In this document: positions 19,345-20,000 of the stretch, piece after piece
Numbering within the stretch: position 1 is the stretch's first letter
Layout: the number at the start of each line of letters is the position of its first letter
From: an uncultured virus (IMG/VR IMGVR_UViG_2061766007_003022)
Taxonomy: Duplodnaviria > Heunggongvirae > Uroviricota > Caudoviricetes
Virus record (IMG/VR): IMGVR_UViG_2061766007_003022
Length of the DNA stretch: 20,000 nucleotides
Strand: one strand, 5' to 3'
Notes under the pieces: model-generated
The model's input: only the letters and a program-made list of their open reading frames with translations
Told to the model about the DNA's origin: nothing
Databases searched by the model: none
Made by a program: the position numbers and the translations under genes

Positions 19345-19372
19345 TTGCCGGTACATTCCTTTTTGCTATATT
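19345..19372 (+). promoter_or_regulatory. Sigma70-like (host-type/early) promoter TTGCCG-16-TATATT with extended -10 TG
   Basis: -35 at 19345-19350 and TGcTATATT ending 19372, 9 nt before ATG 19382. A similar TTTTGnnATAnTT precedes gene 14542-15289 on the minus strand. Confidence 0.55.
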
Positions 19373-19381
19373 TCATGGCAT

Positions 19382-19822
19382 ATGGACATGAATGAACTCA
19401 GATACGCCAGGTCGGCGCTCGTTTCCGTCTGTCCCGCGAGGGATGTCGCGGCAGGAGTCCGTTCCGGTTCCGCCGAGTACGTCCTCGTCCCCGTCAGGGG
19501 CGAAGCTGTAGTCGACATCGAGACCAGGACGGAGCCGGAGCTGGAGGACGGGGTCGCCCCGTCGTTCACCGTTGAGCTCCGGGAGGCGGTCAGGCGCTAC
19601 GTGCTGAAGTGCGCAAGGCAGACATACATGATGAGGCGCGGCACCTCGATGTTCAACGAGACGGGGGACTACTACTCCCCGAACCACACGTACAGGCTCG
19701 TCGTATGGGTCGAGCAGCCGGAGTCCGGCGGCATGAAGTTCTACTTCCTCCCGCTCCGGGAGATTCCGCAGGATGCTACCGGTATCGACCGGGAGATGCC
19801 GGAAGGGGCAGTTGCGGTCTAG
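19382..19822 (+). CDS. Hypothetical protein (146 aa, MDMNELRYARSAL...)
   Basis: GC3-biased codons begin at ATG 19382/19388. The upstream extension in the ORF track (from 18965) crosses the repeat-rich non-coding region. Confidence 0.75.
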   Translation: MDMNELRYARSALVSVCPARDVAAGVRSGSAEYVLVPVRGEAVVDIETRTEPELEDGVAPSFTVELREAVRRYVLKCARQTYMMRRGTSMFNETGDYYSPNHTYRLVVWVEQPESGGMKFYFLPLREIPQDATGIDREMPEGAVAV

Positions 19823-19824
19823 CG

Positions 19825-20000
19825 ATGATTGACGAGCAGCTCAAGTGCACCGTGGTCTTCGACGACGTGGATGGGGTCCTGTCGAAGATGTACGTCACCG
19901 GGGAGAACCCGGAGGCGGTAAGGGGCATATTGCGCTCGGTCGCGTCCGTGCTCACCTACTACGACAAGAGCAAGAAGTTCACGTGGGCGGTGAAGCACGG
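19825..20000 (+). CDS. Hypothetical protein, truncated by the window edge (MIDEQLKCTVVFDDVDGVLSKMYVTGENPEAV...)
   Basis: ATG 2 nt after the previous stop; open, codon-biased frame to the window end. Confidence 0.7.
   Translation, partial: MIDEQLKCTVVFDDVDGVLSKMYVTGENPEAVRGILRSVASVLTYYDKSKKFTWAVKH

Larger units (their letters stand above)
1..20000. mobile_element. Segment of a large (jumbo/huge-type) bacteriophage genome
   Basis: Dense, long, acidic hypothetical ORFs; a recurrent T4-late-like nATAAACT box; hydrophobic-x-E motifs near N-termini; SWIM and PcfJ-like proteins of the kind seen in large myoviruses; restriction-site-like avoidance of GATC; no cellular housekeeping genes. No capsid or terminase hallmark gene lies in the window, so this is inference. 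Confidence 0.8.

Noticed and set aside
18965..19381. N-terminal extensions of ORFs 18965-19822 and 17455-19098
   Set aside because: They cross the repeat-rich intergenic region with atypical codons; promoter and RBS positions favour starts at 19382 and 18981.
1..20000. Stop-codon reassignment as in some huge phages
   Set aside because: Genes are long and uninterrupted under the standard code, and TAG stops are followed closely by new starts, terminators or a second stop.

Overview
The window looks like a fragment of a large tailed-phage (jumbo/huge myovirus-like) genome rather than a bacterial chromosome. It holds about 14 tightly packed genes, mostly long hypothetical proteins, with no housekeeping, rRNA, tRNA or CRISPR features. 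Six N-gaps split several genes in the supplied ORF track; I re-joined 1404-3087, 3177-5235, 14542-15289 and 15379-17406, and added a >434-aa minus-strand ORF running off the left edge. Recognisable products are a SWIM zinc-finger protein, a DUF4422 glycosyltransferase-like protein, a protein with a C-terminal FISUMP/C-type-lectin-like domain, three paralogous proteins sharing four copies of an ~85-aa PcfJ-like domain, and an exonuclease-less family-A-polymerase-like protein beside a structured, origin-like intergenic region. Window-wide signals are an nATAAACT box 22-38 nt upstream of seven starts (T4 late-promoter-like), hydrophobic-x-Glu motifs near many N-termini (possible prohead-protease sites), no GATC found by manual scan, clear CCGG enrichment and TAG-dominated stops. 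All family assignments come from motif recognition by eye, not database searches.
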